DNA of 63,149 nt, the filler included, from Atractiella rhizophila (taxonomy: Eukaryota): the NCBI GenBank assembly GCA_021432655.1. It is 3 parts of 3 records of this genome, joined end to end, with 100 filler letters (N's around TTAATTAATTAA, not from the genome) between each part and the next. Parts side by side here need not be neighbours in the genome. Positions count along the whole stretch, not along the records: positions 22,881 to 45,504 come from MU271812.1; positions 45,605 to 63,149 come from MU271839.1; 1 more part is not named here. The stretch is one strand, 5' to 3'. Positions 38,667 to 49,253 of this stretch are shown one piece after another. The notes beneath the pieces were generated by a model. That model was not told where the DNA came from. It ran no database searches and saw nothing but the letters and a program-made list of their open reading frames with translations. The translations under genes and the position numbers were made by a program. Each line of letters opens with the position of its first letter. The first letter of the stretch is position 1.

Positions 38667-40514
38667 GAGCCTGTTTGGCAACTCCCAAATTCGAAATCCT
38701 GGCTGGGGTGAATTGGACGTGAATTGGACCCTAATCCGGGGGGTGTTCAATTCGAGAATATCCGACGTCCATGTCGGCAATGCCAAGGGTTAAAGCTTGG
38801 CATAGAACAGGGAGTCAGGCATTTCAGTGGTTTTAGTTGCATTTTCGGTGTCCAATTAAAACTACATCCCAAAAATAGAATGCTCTGAAAGAGCACAGAA
38901 GAAAACCAAGGCGGCGAAAAGAATGAGTTGCCAACCTGCTGCTGCAGAACAATTATAAGGATGGTACAGAAGTAAAGAGGGAATACTGACATGCACTTAT
39001 CCAATATGGTCCTAATTTCGTCCCAATCACAAGAATCAACCTCATCCATTTGGAACGGAACGCCTAGCCGAAGAAGTCGTAAAGAAGGGGTCTTCTGCTT
39101 CTGAAAACATTGCTCCTCATCCGGGTACCCCGCAAGCTGTGTGAGCGCCGTATGCTTGCCGTTGCTGAACCGGAGTAAGATACGTCGCCAACACTGTCGA
39201 TCCCGCATGAGAAGGAATGAGAACGACTTTCCTCTCCTTCCTCGCTCAAATATTCGCTGCTTGGAGTAAACAGATGCGAGCTCGCAAAACCTTAGCCGCA
39301 AGTTCATTCTTCTTGTTGTCTGACAGATACAGCAACTCACTCATCTTGAGCTCCGTTTGCTCAGTAACTTCTCCACCTTCTCAATTTCCCCCTCACACTC
39401 CTATCGAGACCAAACGTCGAGGAATTGTGGGAGAAAAGACACCCAGTGACAGATTGTGCTCAGGGGAGTGAGACGGATGGGTGTGGGCATGCAGTTCTGG
39501 ACTGCACCATCGGCTGCCACACACAGAAATTACTCAGCAATCGCTCATAAAGGGGAAGAACAATGAAGGTTCTACAACAAAGGTGAATTAGGAGAAGGGA
39601 GGCTCACGTACTGGGTAAGGTGCAACCGATGGCACACCACAGACACCCCCCGTTGCTTCAACAATCCCGGTCATCGCATTTTTTGATGCGGAACTGACCT
39701 GTGATACACGTTATGCTCTTTGGCTCCCTCTGTAAATACCATAGCTACAAATTGCCCGCCCAACTGATCATGCTTTTACATGTTACAACACTTTTGATAG
39801 CACAGGTGGATTGAGATAGTCAACGTAAGAAGAATGGCATGACGTGGTCGTGTTAGCGGAGATGGGGAACGGAAGGCTGATAGCTGTCGTTTGTATCAAC
39901 TGCTGAGCGTAGGGGAGTGTGCAGTAGGGGCAGAGGGGCAGGAGACGAGACGAGATGGAGGATGGCAACTGTTTTGAATTTTAGGCAGTTAACGGCATCT
40001 TTTGATGATTTTGGACTAGTTTTCAATTGCAGGCGGAGAAGACGGCGGAGCCCAAGGGTCAACTCTTCGGTCAGAACACCCATGGCCTGGAATTAGACGG
40101 ATGAACACCCCCCGCCTAATCAGGCAATTCAGCGTACCGTTTGGCGGCCATAAAATTGCAATTCTCAATCTGTGAATTGCAATTCACCCCAGCCAAGATT
40201 TCAAAAATCGAAATCGAGCTCCAGAGCTGTATTTCGATCCTAAATTTCCTGAATTCGTTGCCGGGAGATGAAACGGACACCTCTCGGTCCTGTCAATGAC
40301 CGGGAATGTATTGAAACACCAAAAAAATGCGGATGAGGACTCAGTTGCGGCATGCTCACGGCCAAGCGAATGCAAGCAAATTTTCCAAATCAGAATTGCG
40401 TTTGGCAACAGCTTGAATTCAAATTCTCAATTCAGGAAGCTGCTTGAATTGGATTCCCAATTCAGGCAATTCACAAAATTCGAATTCAGGCTGAATTGGC
40501 AGCCAAACGGGCTC
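38667..40514. mobile_element. Non-autonomous PIF/Harbinger-type DNA transposon (1848 bp)
   Basis: TIRs GAGCCTGTTTGGC (38667-38679) and GCCAAACGGGCTC (40502-40514), 12/13 match. TAA on both sides (38664-38666, 40515-40517). Subterminal inverted repeats present; no transposase recognised inside. Confidence 0.7.
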
Positions 40515-40705
40515 TAAATAGGAAAGCGGGCAAGTACCGAAAGGAAAATGTTACATGTGTTCCCCTACCGTTAGTACTTCTGAGCTTTTAGGCAAGCACA
40601 CTTCTTTGTATAAATAGGAAAGCGGGCAAGTACCGAAAGGAAAATGTTACATGTGTTCCCCTACCGTTAGTACTTCTGAGCTTTTAGGCAAGCACACTTC
40701 TTTGT
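40515..40705. repeat. 96-bp tandem duplication
   Basis: TAAATAGGAAAGCGGG...CACTTCTTTGT starts at 40515 and again at 40611. Confidence 0.95.
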
Positions 40706-40897
40706 CTATCGACATCCACTCTTCGACATCTACGCCTCTGTCAACACGTCTGCACGTCTTTGCGAGGAAGAAGACTGCACAATTATCCACCGCCACCTTG
40801 CCATAACCCTTCACAGTAATAACAATCTCAGGCATTGTCCTGTCTCCCTTGATTATGGTTGGGGTGATTGTGAATGATGGATGCTCTCACCTTGCCC

Positions 40898-42295
40898 TTG
40901 ATAGAGTGAGAGTACATTTTGCCTTGAAAACTGTGTCTGGCGACGGTTGGTCGGGATCGGTTGAAGGATGCAAGTAAGCACCACTGCGAGGGACCTGTAA
41001 GGATATAGTCGGGTAACCTCCAACCATTTGGACTATGCCAGAACAATGGTCATATGGCTTAGGGTGATCAGGTGCCAGAGAAAATCAGACTCGATGCCCG
41101 ACTCAAGACCCACAACCCCTATGCTGTAATATTCCCCCTAATTATTACAGTAAAAGTACTTCAAGGAGCAGAAGCAATCACATTAATGTTATCGGGTAGA
41201 GTTCAAGTTATGATGATTCAGCTCCCATTCTCCAGCTGCCTCGTTCATGGGAGTAGTGTTAAAGGACTAGATCATTGCATCGGAATGGCAAAGTGGCTGC
41301 AATGCGGTCAGATGTAAAGAATGCGGCGCAATGCGAAAAAGAGGCGAGGTGATGACGATGTTGTGTCATAGTATTAATCGTGATGATAGGTAATATCTCT
41401 AACCCCCTTCCCGTCCTCCTTAGGCACCTTGGATTTATATAACCTCTTTATCCTTTACCTCAGCTCACCTCCATCCCTTAGCATCTAGTCCATCCCACAT
41501 TGACGAAGACAACTGGTGGAAGAGAGAATCATGGACATTGACGAGAATTGGTCTGTAAGTTCCATCCCATGGTGTATTGAGCATGAAACCATATTGATAG
41601 AGTGAGAGTACATTTTGCCTTGAAAACTGTGTCTGGCGACGGTTGGTCGGGATCGGTTGAAGGATGCAAGTAAGCACCACTGCGAGGGACCTGTAAGGAT
41701 ATAGTCGGGTAACCTCCAACCATTTGGACTATGCCAGAACAATGGTCATATGGCTTATGGTGATCAGGTGCCAGAGAAAATCAGACTCGATGCCCGACTC
41801 AAGACCCACAACCCCTATGCTGTAAATATTCCCCCTAATTATTACAGTAAAAGTACTTCAAGGAGCAGAAGCAATCACATTAATGTTATCGGGTAGAGTT
41901 CAAGTTATGATGATTCAGCTCCCATTCTCCAGCTGCCTCGTTCATGGGAGTAGTGTTAAAGGACTAGATAGGGATCATTGCATCGGAAGGGCAAAGTGGC
42001 TGCAATGCGGTCAGACGTAAAGAATGCGGTGCAATGCGAAAAAGAGGCGAGGTGATGACGATGTTGTGTCATAGTATTAATCGTGATGATAGGTAATATC
42101 TCTAACCCCCTTTCCGTCCTCCTTAGGCACCTTGGATTTATATAACCTCTTTATCCTTTACCTCAGCTCACCTCCATCCCTTAGCATCTAGTCCATCCCA
42201 CATTGACGAAGACAACTGGTGGAAGAGAGAATCATGGACATTGACGAGAATTGGTCCGTAAGTTCCATCCCATGGTGTATTGAGCATGAAACCAT
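40898..42295. repeat. ~696-bp tandem duplication (two near-identical copies)
   Basis: TTGATAGAGTGAGAGTAC...GCATGAAACCAT at 40898-41593 and 41594-42295, with a few SNPs and small insertions. Confidence 0.95.
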
Positions 42296-42314
42296 CTAAC
42301 TGAAGCTATAACAG

Positions 42315-44372
42315 GTTACCTTCCGCTGGGCGCTCACCCCGTCCCTTCTCTCCACCTTCTCTCCACCCCTTCCATCCTCCCCTTCCGCCAGCTCCACCGC
42401 GAGCATCTCTACATCCACTCCCAAGTCCAGCTCAGCACAGTTACTGATACAAGGTGGGAGACTCAAGTCTCGCCTGTTCTTCAATCGCTTTCGGGTAAAT
42501 CTTTTCGCATTGACCTGTCAGTTTGATGAAGCTGCATGGTACAGGTGAGGATAATACAGGAGGACGAGCGTATCCGCTGGCTTCTATACAACGACTCCGA
42601 CGCAAGCGCCAAGAACACCTCCCTCTTGCCCTCGCCCTCACCCTCACCAACCGGCAACATTCATGTTTGCATGTCTGTATGTCAACGCCCCTGCCGTCTC
42701 CAAAAGCGTCTAACTTAGTATACCCCGATGCGGACAGTTATACCTGGGCCTAAACCCTCTACTCCAGCCAACGGGCATGGATCTGGAACCGGAGCCGTAC
42801 CATCGACATGAATTCCAAGCCGCGGGAGATAGGAAGGGAAGGTTGGGTGAATTTTGGTGGACACGGAAGGCTTGGGAGGCGCGCAGAGAGGTGTTGGGGG
42901 CAGAGGTATGTCGGCTTTCTCTTGTCTTCTTCTTAAGGACCAGAGACCGCTTCTATTCCACTCGCTGTTCGTTCTCTTCCTGTGATACTTTCATAGTTGC
43001 AGCCTCTTCTCACTCACGAAAGTCTGGATATGCGCTGAGAACGAGAGTCATCTTTATATCAGAAGTAACTCCAAGTAACTTAAAGGCGAGGGTCCCTGAT
43101 AGGAGCGGTTTTCCTGGGCATTGGACGTTGTTCCATGCTGCACGCTTTGTACAGAATGCTGACATCACCAATGCCTTCCAAATAAATAGGGCTGCACGCT
43201 CGTTGTCGCCGTTCAATCTTTCCCGCTTCCCACATCTCCATCTCTCACTGAGGTAGTTGAGCATCAGCGTGCTAGACTGGAGGCAGAAGATTTGTCAGAA
43301 GAAAGGCAGCAAGTTCTGGACACTCTATTCGACGATCCTACCACCGCAGATGTCGTTTTCGTGTTCAACAAAGGGACGAATGAGCAGAAGCGGCTATTTG
43401 CGCATACTTCTGTCCTTTCCATCGCGAACACCAGGTTCGGCACCAGTACGTCTTCTCAGTTCTTCCTTCAATTATCTAATCCTAATTTACTCTTGTGAGG
43501 GTAGTGCTCTCTAAAACTGATCAGCCACGAGAGAAGAGACGAGCATCCAAGGACCTCATTTCTAGGCCTGACATCAGTACTTTCCGACATGTTTCGCATT
43601 TGGGCCTCGATCAACTGGATGGAGACAGTTGGCGAAAAGGGAGTGACGGAGTGGGACGCATACTGGACGGCGTGAGGAGTCTCGCTTCTCCACCACTCAT
43701 GACTTCAGGTATGGTTTCTCCTGTGCCAACACCGATCACCAAGCCCGGTCATCCAACGGTATGTCCATTCCTTCCTCCTCGTTACAGTACGAGAGATTGC
43801 TGAGGTTGCCTGGTGCACTCGGGAAGGGCAAGGAGAGGGACAGTAATCATCATACATCTCCGATTTCATTACGGACGTCGAAACAGTACGACGAGCGTTC
43901 CATCGAGAGGACATCCTACTGTTCTTTCTGGTCGCTTGTACGCTACCTCTACGTTCGACAAGTTTCTCTTTCTCCTGAAGACGCGAAAGAGGTATACTGT
44001 CTCGCTGTGGGTGTGTTATTACTTCTGACTCGTCTTCTTCCGCTCGAGTTAACCAAACCCATTGGTAGAATACGATGTTCCGGGACTGAAAGATGCCGCA
44101 AAAGCTGCCGTCATCAATGCTCTGACCACGACAACCGTGGTAGAAGAACTCATGGGTTGGGCATCCGGTGGGAAGGGGGAGAGGGCAGAAATCAGACGGG
44201 AAATGATAGAATATCTCAAGATCCATTGGGTGAGCAGCTGCTTTTCTCCCCTTAAGCAGTCTGGGTTCGGAACGTTGATGTGCCGTTTCGGAGGCAGGAG
44301 GAGGTAAAGCTTGCAAATCAAGGAGCGGGAGGGACGTGGTTCGAAATCTGTGAGGTATTGGCTGGGCAATGA
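42315..44372 (+). CDS. BTB/POZ-domain protein with internal CRIB motif and possible N-terminal MATH-like domain; first exon not found
   Basis: LFDDPTTADVVFVF...KRLFAHTSVLS and SYCSFWSLVRYLY...AKEVYCLA|VEYDVPGLKDAA (BTB), with ISRPDISTFRHVSHLG at 43558-43605; stop TGA 44370-44372. Upstream exons VTFRWAL...LKSRLFFNRFR. The join near 42900-43260 is not resolved. Confidence 0.7.
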
Positions 44373-44511
44373 ACTCTGCGCTATATGGACTATGAATTTT
44401 TTTGAAAAGAAATCAACGGACCCCACTCGTACTTTGTGAATGTGTGCACATCCTTGTCTATATTTGTCTGTGTCTATTTGTCTATCCATAATGAACGTGC
44501 ACAGGCCATTC

Positions 44512-45504
44512 TCAGTTTGGCAAACAGAAGTCAGTCAACTCCAAGTACCACTTTGCCGCGTCCACAATCTCCTCCAGCCACTCCTTGACCATCTCTAGTG
44601 CCCATACATTCGCGTCAAACTTCACCCATATCTTTAACACTCCATCGAGTGTATGAGAGCCAAGGTAAAATTCTCCGTGCCTCAATCTCAAATCAGATCG
44701 TACAGTGGACCGATCCAGCGTGATTATCTCGCCCTGCGAAGCGGCTGTCACATGTTGGTCCAGTGGCTGACAGGGGAAAGACCGCGGAACCATTCGCGTA
44801 ATATCCCCCCAGGAGGAACCACCGCTGGTGAAGATAAAAGGAGACGGAGACTTTAGATCCCTGAGGTCCTTTGGTACCTTCCCCCCACTCCATCGCTGAG
44901 CTACGTCTTCCTCTTCCTCTTCCGTCCTTTCCGATAACGAAACGGAGCAGTAAGAAACACACTCCTCCATCCATGCTTTAGTCCCACCCAAGCGGCCATC
45001 CCACCACAACTTCCCAATTTCAGCGGCCAGGGGATGTCCCAAATGCGCTGCCAATTTGGACTGCGCAATTCGACATCTTAGTGCAAAGCGGCCTTTTGAA
45101 AGGATGTCGTCCCATCCTATCTCTCCCCGACTTTCCTCGTCCTGAAGGAGGGGAATCGGTCGAGGAAGCCCAGGAGTCGAGATGACGTAGAAGCTCATGG
45201 CGAGCTTTACCTCTCCCTCGCCTTTCTCCCTGACACTGGCAGGACCCGCGAACCAGCAAGGTTGTAGCAACCTCCAATCCAGTTCTCGTTTAGATATCTG
45301 CCCTGAACGGAATAAGCGGATGAGAATTTTCGCCTGGGCGACAGAGCCAAGAATGCATAGCACTTGGTTCCACCGAGCTGAGAGGAGTTTACACTTTCGA
45401 AGGATTTGAAAGGTCTCGGACGGCGTGAACAAATGACAAGGTGAAGCAAGATATGTTGGAAGAACCAGACGATGGGAAGGATTTGGTAGAGTAGGAAGCG
45501 TTTG
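44512..45504 (-). CDS. Hypothetical protein, possibly CoA-dependent acyltransferase (condensation-like) fold; 5' truncated by linker
   Basis: Long ORF running from the linker; ends LRLRHGEFYLGSHTLDGVLKIWVKFDANVW...WLEEI. Family call is weak. Confidence 0.55.
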   Translation of the reverse strand, partial: QTLPTLPNPSHRLVLPTYLASPCHLFTPSETFQILRKCKLLSARWNQVLCILGSVAQAKILIRLFRSGQISKRELDWRLLQPCWFAGPASVREKGEGEVKLAMSFYVISTPGLPRPIPLLQDEESRGEIGWDDILSKGRFALRCRIAQSKLAAHLGHPLAAEIGKLWWDGRLGGTKAWMEECVSYCSVSLSERTEEEEEDVAQRWSGGKVPKDLRDLKSPSPFIFTSGGSSWGDITRMVPRSFPCQPLDQHVTAASQGEIITLDRSTVRSDLRLRHGEFYLGSHTLDGVLKIWVKFDANVWALEMVKEWLEEIVDAAKWYLELTDFCLPN

Positions 45505-45604
45505 NNNNNNNNNNNNNNNNNNNNNNNNNNNNNNNNNNNNNNNNNNNNTTAATTAATTAANNNNNNNNNNNNNNNNNNNNNNNNNNNNNNNNNNNNNNNN
45601 NNNN
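45505..45604. other. Artificial contig linker N44-TTAATTAATTAA-N44
   Basis: Same 100-nt structure as 22781-22880. Confidence 0.97.
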
Positions 45605-45664
45605 TCGAGGTCCGTGACCTGTTCTTCAGCTTCATACTTCCAGGGTTGATGCTGGCCATAATAC

Positions 45665-46295
45665 AGGGAAGAAATACAACGTAATCCGTAAGCGAGTGGA
45701 ACCTGCTGATTACACTCTGGACGAATTGCTGCTGGGGACAATACTGTTCACCTTCGCCGCTTTCATTTTCCCTACCGTCCTCGCCTATTATCTTGTCTTC
45801 GCCACAGTACGCGCTTCCTCTACCGTTATATGGCCACGCAACTAATAGAAGGTAGGCACGTATAGCCATTATTGGTCTACATGCGATGATGGAAACATTT
45901 CTCGCGTTCATGAATCACTTCCCACTCTTCGCGGTAATGCTGAGGTTGAAAGACCCGGATCGTTTGCCAGGTACTCTCTCTAATAGTCGACAAGTAGAGA
46001 CCTAATTGCCTGATATAGGAGGCCTAAAGTTCGTCTTGAATGCGAATCTGCAGTCCTTCGACCTCAAGAACCATCCCATCGAGCTGTCAGCTATATTCTT
46101 TCAGCATCTCAGACTTTGGAGGCGCCTTTCAGCTCACTATTCGCCTCTATACCTTCTCCGACAATTGTTTTCTGGTATGTCTTTCAAGCCCCGCCGTGAC
46201 AGATTTAAATGCGCAGAGTAGGAGGCCTTATTTTTCCGATTTCGAAACGAAGTCTGCAATACCCTGCCGTCAGTGTCATAACGAAGAATGCATGA
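45665..46295 (+). CDS. GPI1: GPI-GlcNAc transferase subunit Gpi1/PIG-Q, 3' part
   Basis: GKKYNVIRKRVEPADYTLDELLLGTILFT...PTVLAYYLVFA|...FMNHFPLFAVMLRLKDPDRLPG; stop TGA 46293-46295. Confidence 0.9.
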
Positions 46296-46623
46296 GTTTG
46301 GTATCATTATTATTGTGAGGAAATGCAAGAAGTTACTGTTTTCATCTTCAATCTCCTTGATAAGCAAAGTTCCACGATGGGGTAATGGTTGTCGACTTCG
46401 AACAATTTGGTTGGTTCCCGAGCGATAGCAACTTTGTTTTTGCCGACAATGAACGACAAAAGGCTTCATCAGCACGATGGACGACCATTTTGGTTTACAT
46501 GATACCTAGCTGGAATACTACGTCTGCAATCTTGGCGGACGGAACGACAGAAAATGCATTACAGGCGAGTCCATCGAGCTCTATCTGGTATATGATGTGA
46601 AACTATTCGCCCAACACCAACCC

Positions 46624-47813
46624 TCACGTAATAGTCACTCCCGAAGCGGTCCTCTTCATCTGAATACCCTTAGTCTCCTCTCCATCCCCAAAATCGCTAA
46701 ACTCATCGCTCCATCTCTCCTCCCTCCTCTCCCTTCCCTCCCCAATCAAGTCCACCCGACTCCTGCTCGCATCACCCACATACGGTCTCCCCTCCTCGTC
46801 CAGGAGACCCTCACGTTCGGCGCCGACGGCCTCCTCCTCATCCTCCAAGTTGAAGGTAGGGAGGGTTACGACGGAGCTGACGTGCTTCTGGGTCAGTCGC
46901 CAGACGTACCATCCCGTGCCTATGCCCAGGAGGGAGCCGAGGATGACGTAGACTGCGTTCAACGCTTTTGCGGTCGAGTCCATCTTCAGTCGCTCTTCTT
47001 CATCTGAGAGCAGGTACAGGCGCGAGCCGGTGAAGACGTGCAAGAGACTGTCCCAGTTACATGTCAAGGTCAGAACGAGGAACTTGAGGGAAAGTAGAGG
47101 GTAGAACGGACAGTTTTGGTGTGATGAAGAGAGTTGCGAGGAGGAATTGAGAGATGGAGACGCTTTCTATTCTACGTACACACAGTCAGTTGTCGGCTTG
47201 GCTGGACGAATGAGAGTAGCATGTGGACGTACGATGCGAAGAAGAGGTTGGAGTAAGGGAAGGGGAAAGGACAGAAGCGTATGAGGATGACGAGGGATGT
47301 GCCTTTCGCTCGCACGGCTGTTGCGAGGGCGGAGAAGGTGGGAGAAGCGTCTAGGAAGGGCAGGAACCTCTTAAGAGCCAGCCGACACACTCTGTTCATC
47401 GTTCAATGCTCAGTTCAACTCCTTTATCCTGCTAAGCTTGAATGAAACGGAGTGGCGCACATAAAACTTAATGTTGATCCAAGGAGACACCCCACGACAG
47501 CAATGAGCCATCCTCTCCAGACACCAAAAGCGAATCCACAAATGGTGATGCACGTCCCATACCCTACGAGGGGAGGAAAGGAACTTGCGACAATAAGTAC
47601 CAACAGGAGGGCCCATCCATACTCGGACTGTTCGAGGGACTTTCCCCAGAGTGCGAGCTGGTTGAAGATTGTCTGTGGGCCGAGTATGAGGACGAGGACG
47701 AAGAGTGCGGTGTTGATTGCGAGGTAGAGGTGGACGAACGAGCGAGTCGAGGGCGAGAGGGAGGAGTAGGTCGCGTGCAGCGAGCGCAGGCGTGAAAAGA
47801 GCCAGGATGTCAT
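46624..47813 (-). CDS. TVP38: Tvp38-like VTT/DedA (SNARE-associated) membrane protein
   Basis: SFPPLVGYG...GFAFG..GW, LIRFCPFPFPYSNLFFAS and TPK.LLHVFTGSRL. Confidence 0.88.
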
Positions 47814-48510
47814 GGTTGAGTTGGTGTTGGAAGCGAAAGAAAAATGCGGGAGCTGGAGCAAAACTTCCCTTCCCGAACTTACACCCGGCCGGAAAGCGAT
47901 CGAAGGGAGGATCCAAGTTGCAGATTATCTGGCAGAATATCGTAGGATATCCAAAAATGAAAGGCTGGTGGCAGATGGGGAGAGTGAAAGACGGCAACTG
48001 GGCATCGTGAAATCAGAAGAGGCTGAAGGGATCTAATGATGCGAGGGCAGTAGTAATGGATTATTATGGATGTAAGGCGCCTTGGCTTTGTGGTTCTAGC
48101 TTCAGTCGCATTGTGTTCGTAACTGACAGCGTGGGAGGAGGATTGGCTTCCAATTGGGTGTCTTTCTCAAAGTAGCCAAAGATGATGGGATACATTACTC
48201 GTTGGGCACATGATTCTTACAAAAAGAGCCCTTTCTTGGTCTGAACGGTAAGGCCCATAAATGCCACCTTTCAAGTATCATCGTATGGTGTATCAACAGC
48301 CTATAACAGTCACAAAGTCAAATCGCCAGTAGTCGCGACTTCCTAAAAGAACATGCTTAGAGGAGAAAGAACAAAGAGAACGTGAAGTGAGTGGCGTTTT
48401 GGAAAGAGTACATGGGCTGAGTCAACTTGATCACGCCAACTATCTCTGCTAGATAAGTTAGTGGCCTTACGCCATGAATGCAGGGTGCACACACCCAGCG
48501 GTGTTATCAT

Positions 48511-48562
48511 TTGCGAGAAACACTCTTTTCGACCTGTTGCGAGAAACACTCTTTTCGACCTG
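48511..48562. repeat. 26-bp tandem duplication TTGCGAGAAACACTCTTTTCGACCTG x2
   Basis: Read directly at 48511 and 48537. Confidence 0.9.
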
Positions 48563-49253
48563 TGGCGGAACAAAATCGATGCCAGTGACGGCGAAGGTGC
48601 GAATCTTGAAGTTCTCGAATCAAAGCGTGTCTGAGCATAATGACATCGTTGAAAAACAGCTGGGATGACATCGCAAGTAGAAGAAAACGGTCGTGCTCAG
48701 ACAATAGAGAAAGACTGGGTATTGTTGGCTGGTCATCCAAGCGTCAGCGATGCCCCATTGATAGAAGCAGATAATCCAGCGAAAATGGACGGTTGAACGA
48801 GAGTAATGACAGGTTTACTCAGTGACGCATCAGTGGAACGTTCTGAAGCTCTGCACGTTTTCTGAAGCATTACTCTAGTTCTACAGAATGCAATAGAGTA
48901 CCACACCTCCCTTCAAGTTGAGACCTTGTAGTCTAAGGAGTCTTAATTATCAGCGTGCGTGTATAGAGCGTGCAGGACACCAAGACACTAAGTCGTCGTT
49001 GGTTCTTTCTTGGTTGACGTTACTTGCCCTTGCCAACTTCAAGTTCTTAAGGTTTTGTTCCCTTTGCCACAAGGCGAACCATCATCCGCATTATAGGACG
49101 ATTTTTAGGATGCAGGTCCATCTATCTACATGTGAAGGTCGCGGATCTTGGAAAGACAATAGCCGCTGAAACAGAGAGGTGAAAGACATTCATGTAACCA
49201 GTGTTACAATGCAAGGAATTGTGAATTGTGCAACTTCAAAGACATCACGGTTC

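Noticed and set aside
43705..44316. 203-aa minus-strand ORF
   Set aside because: Antisense to the BTB gene exons.
48800..49150. Possible solo LTR, and a stop-riddled coding relic at ~51300-51550
   Set aside because: No second LTR copy, TG..CA ends, TSD or recognisable retroelement motif could be shown.
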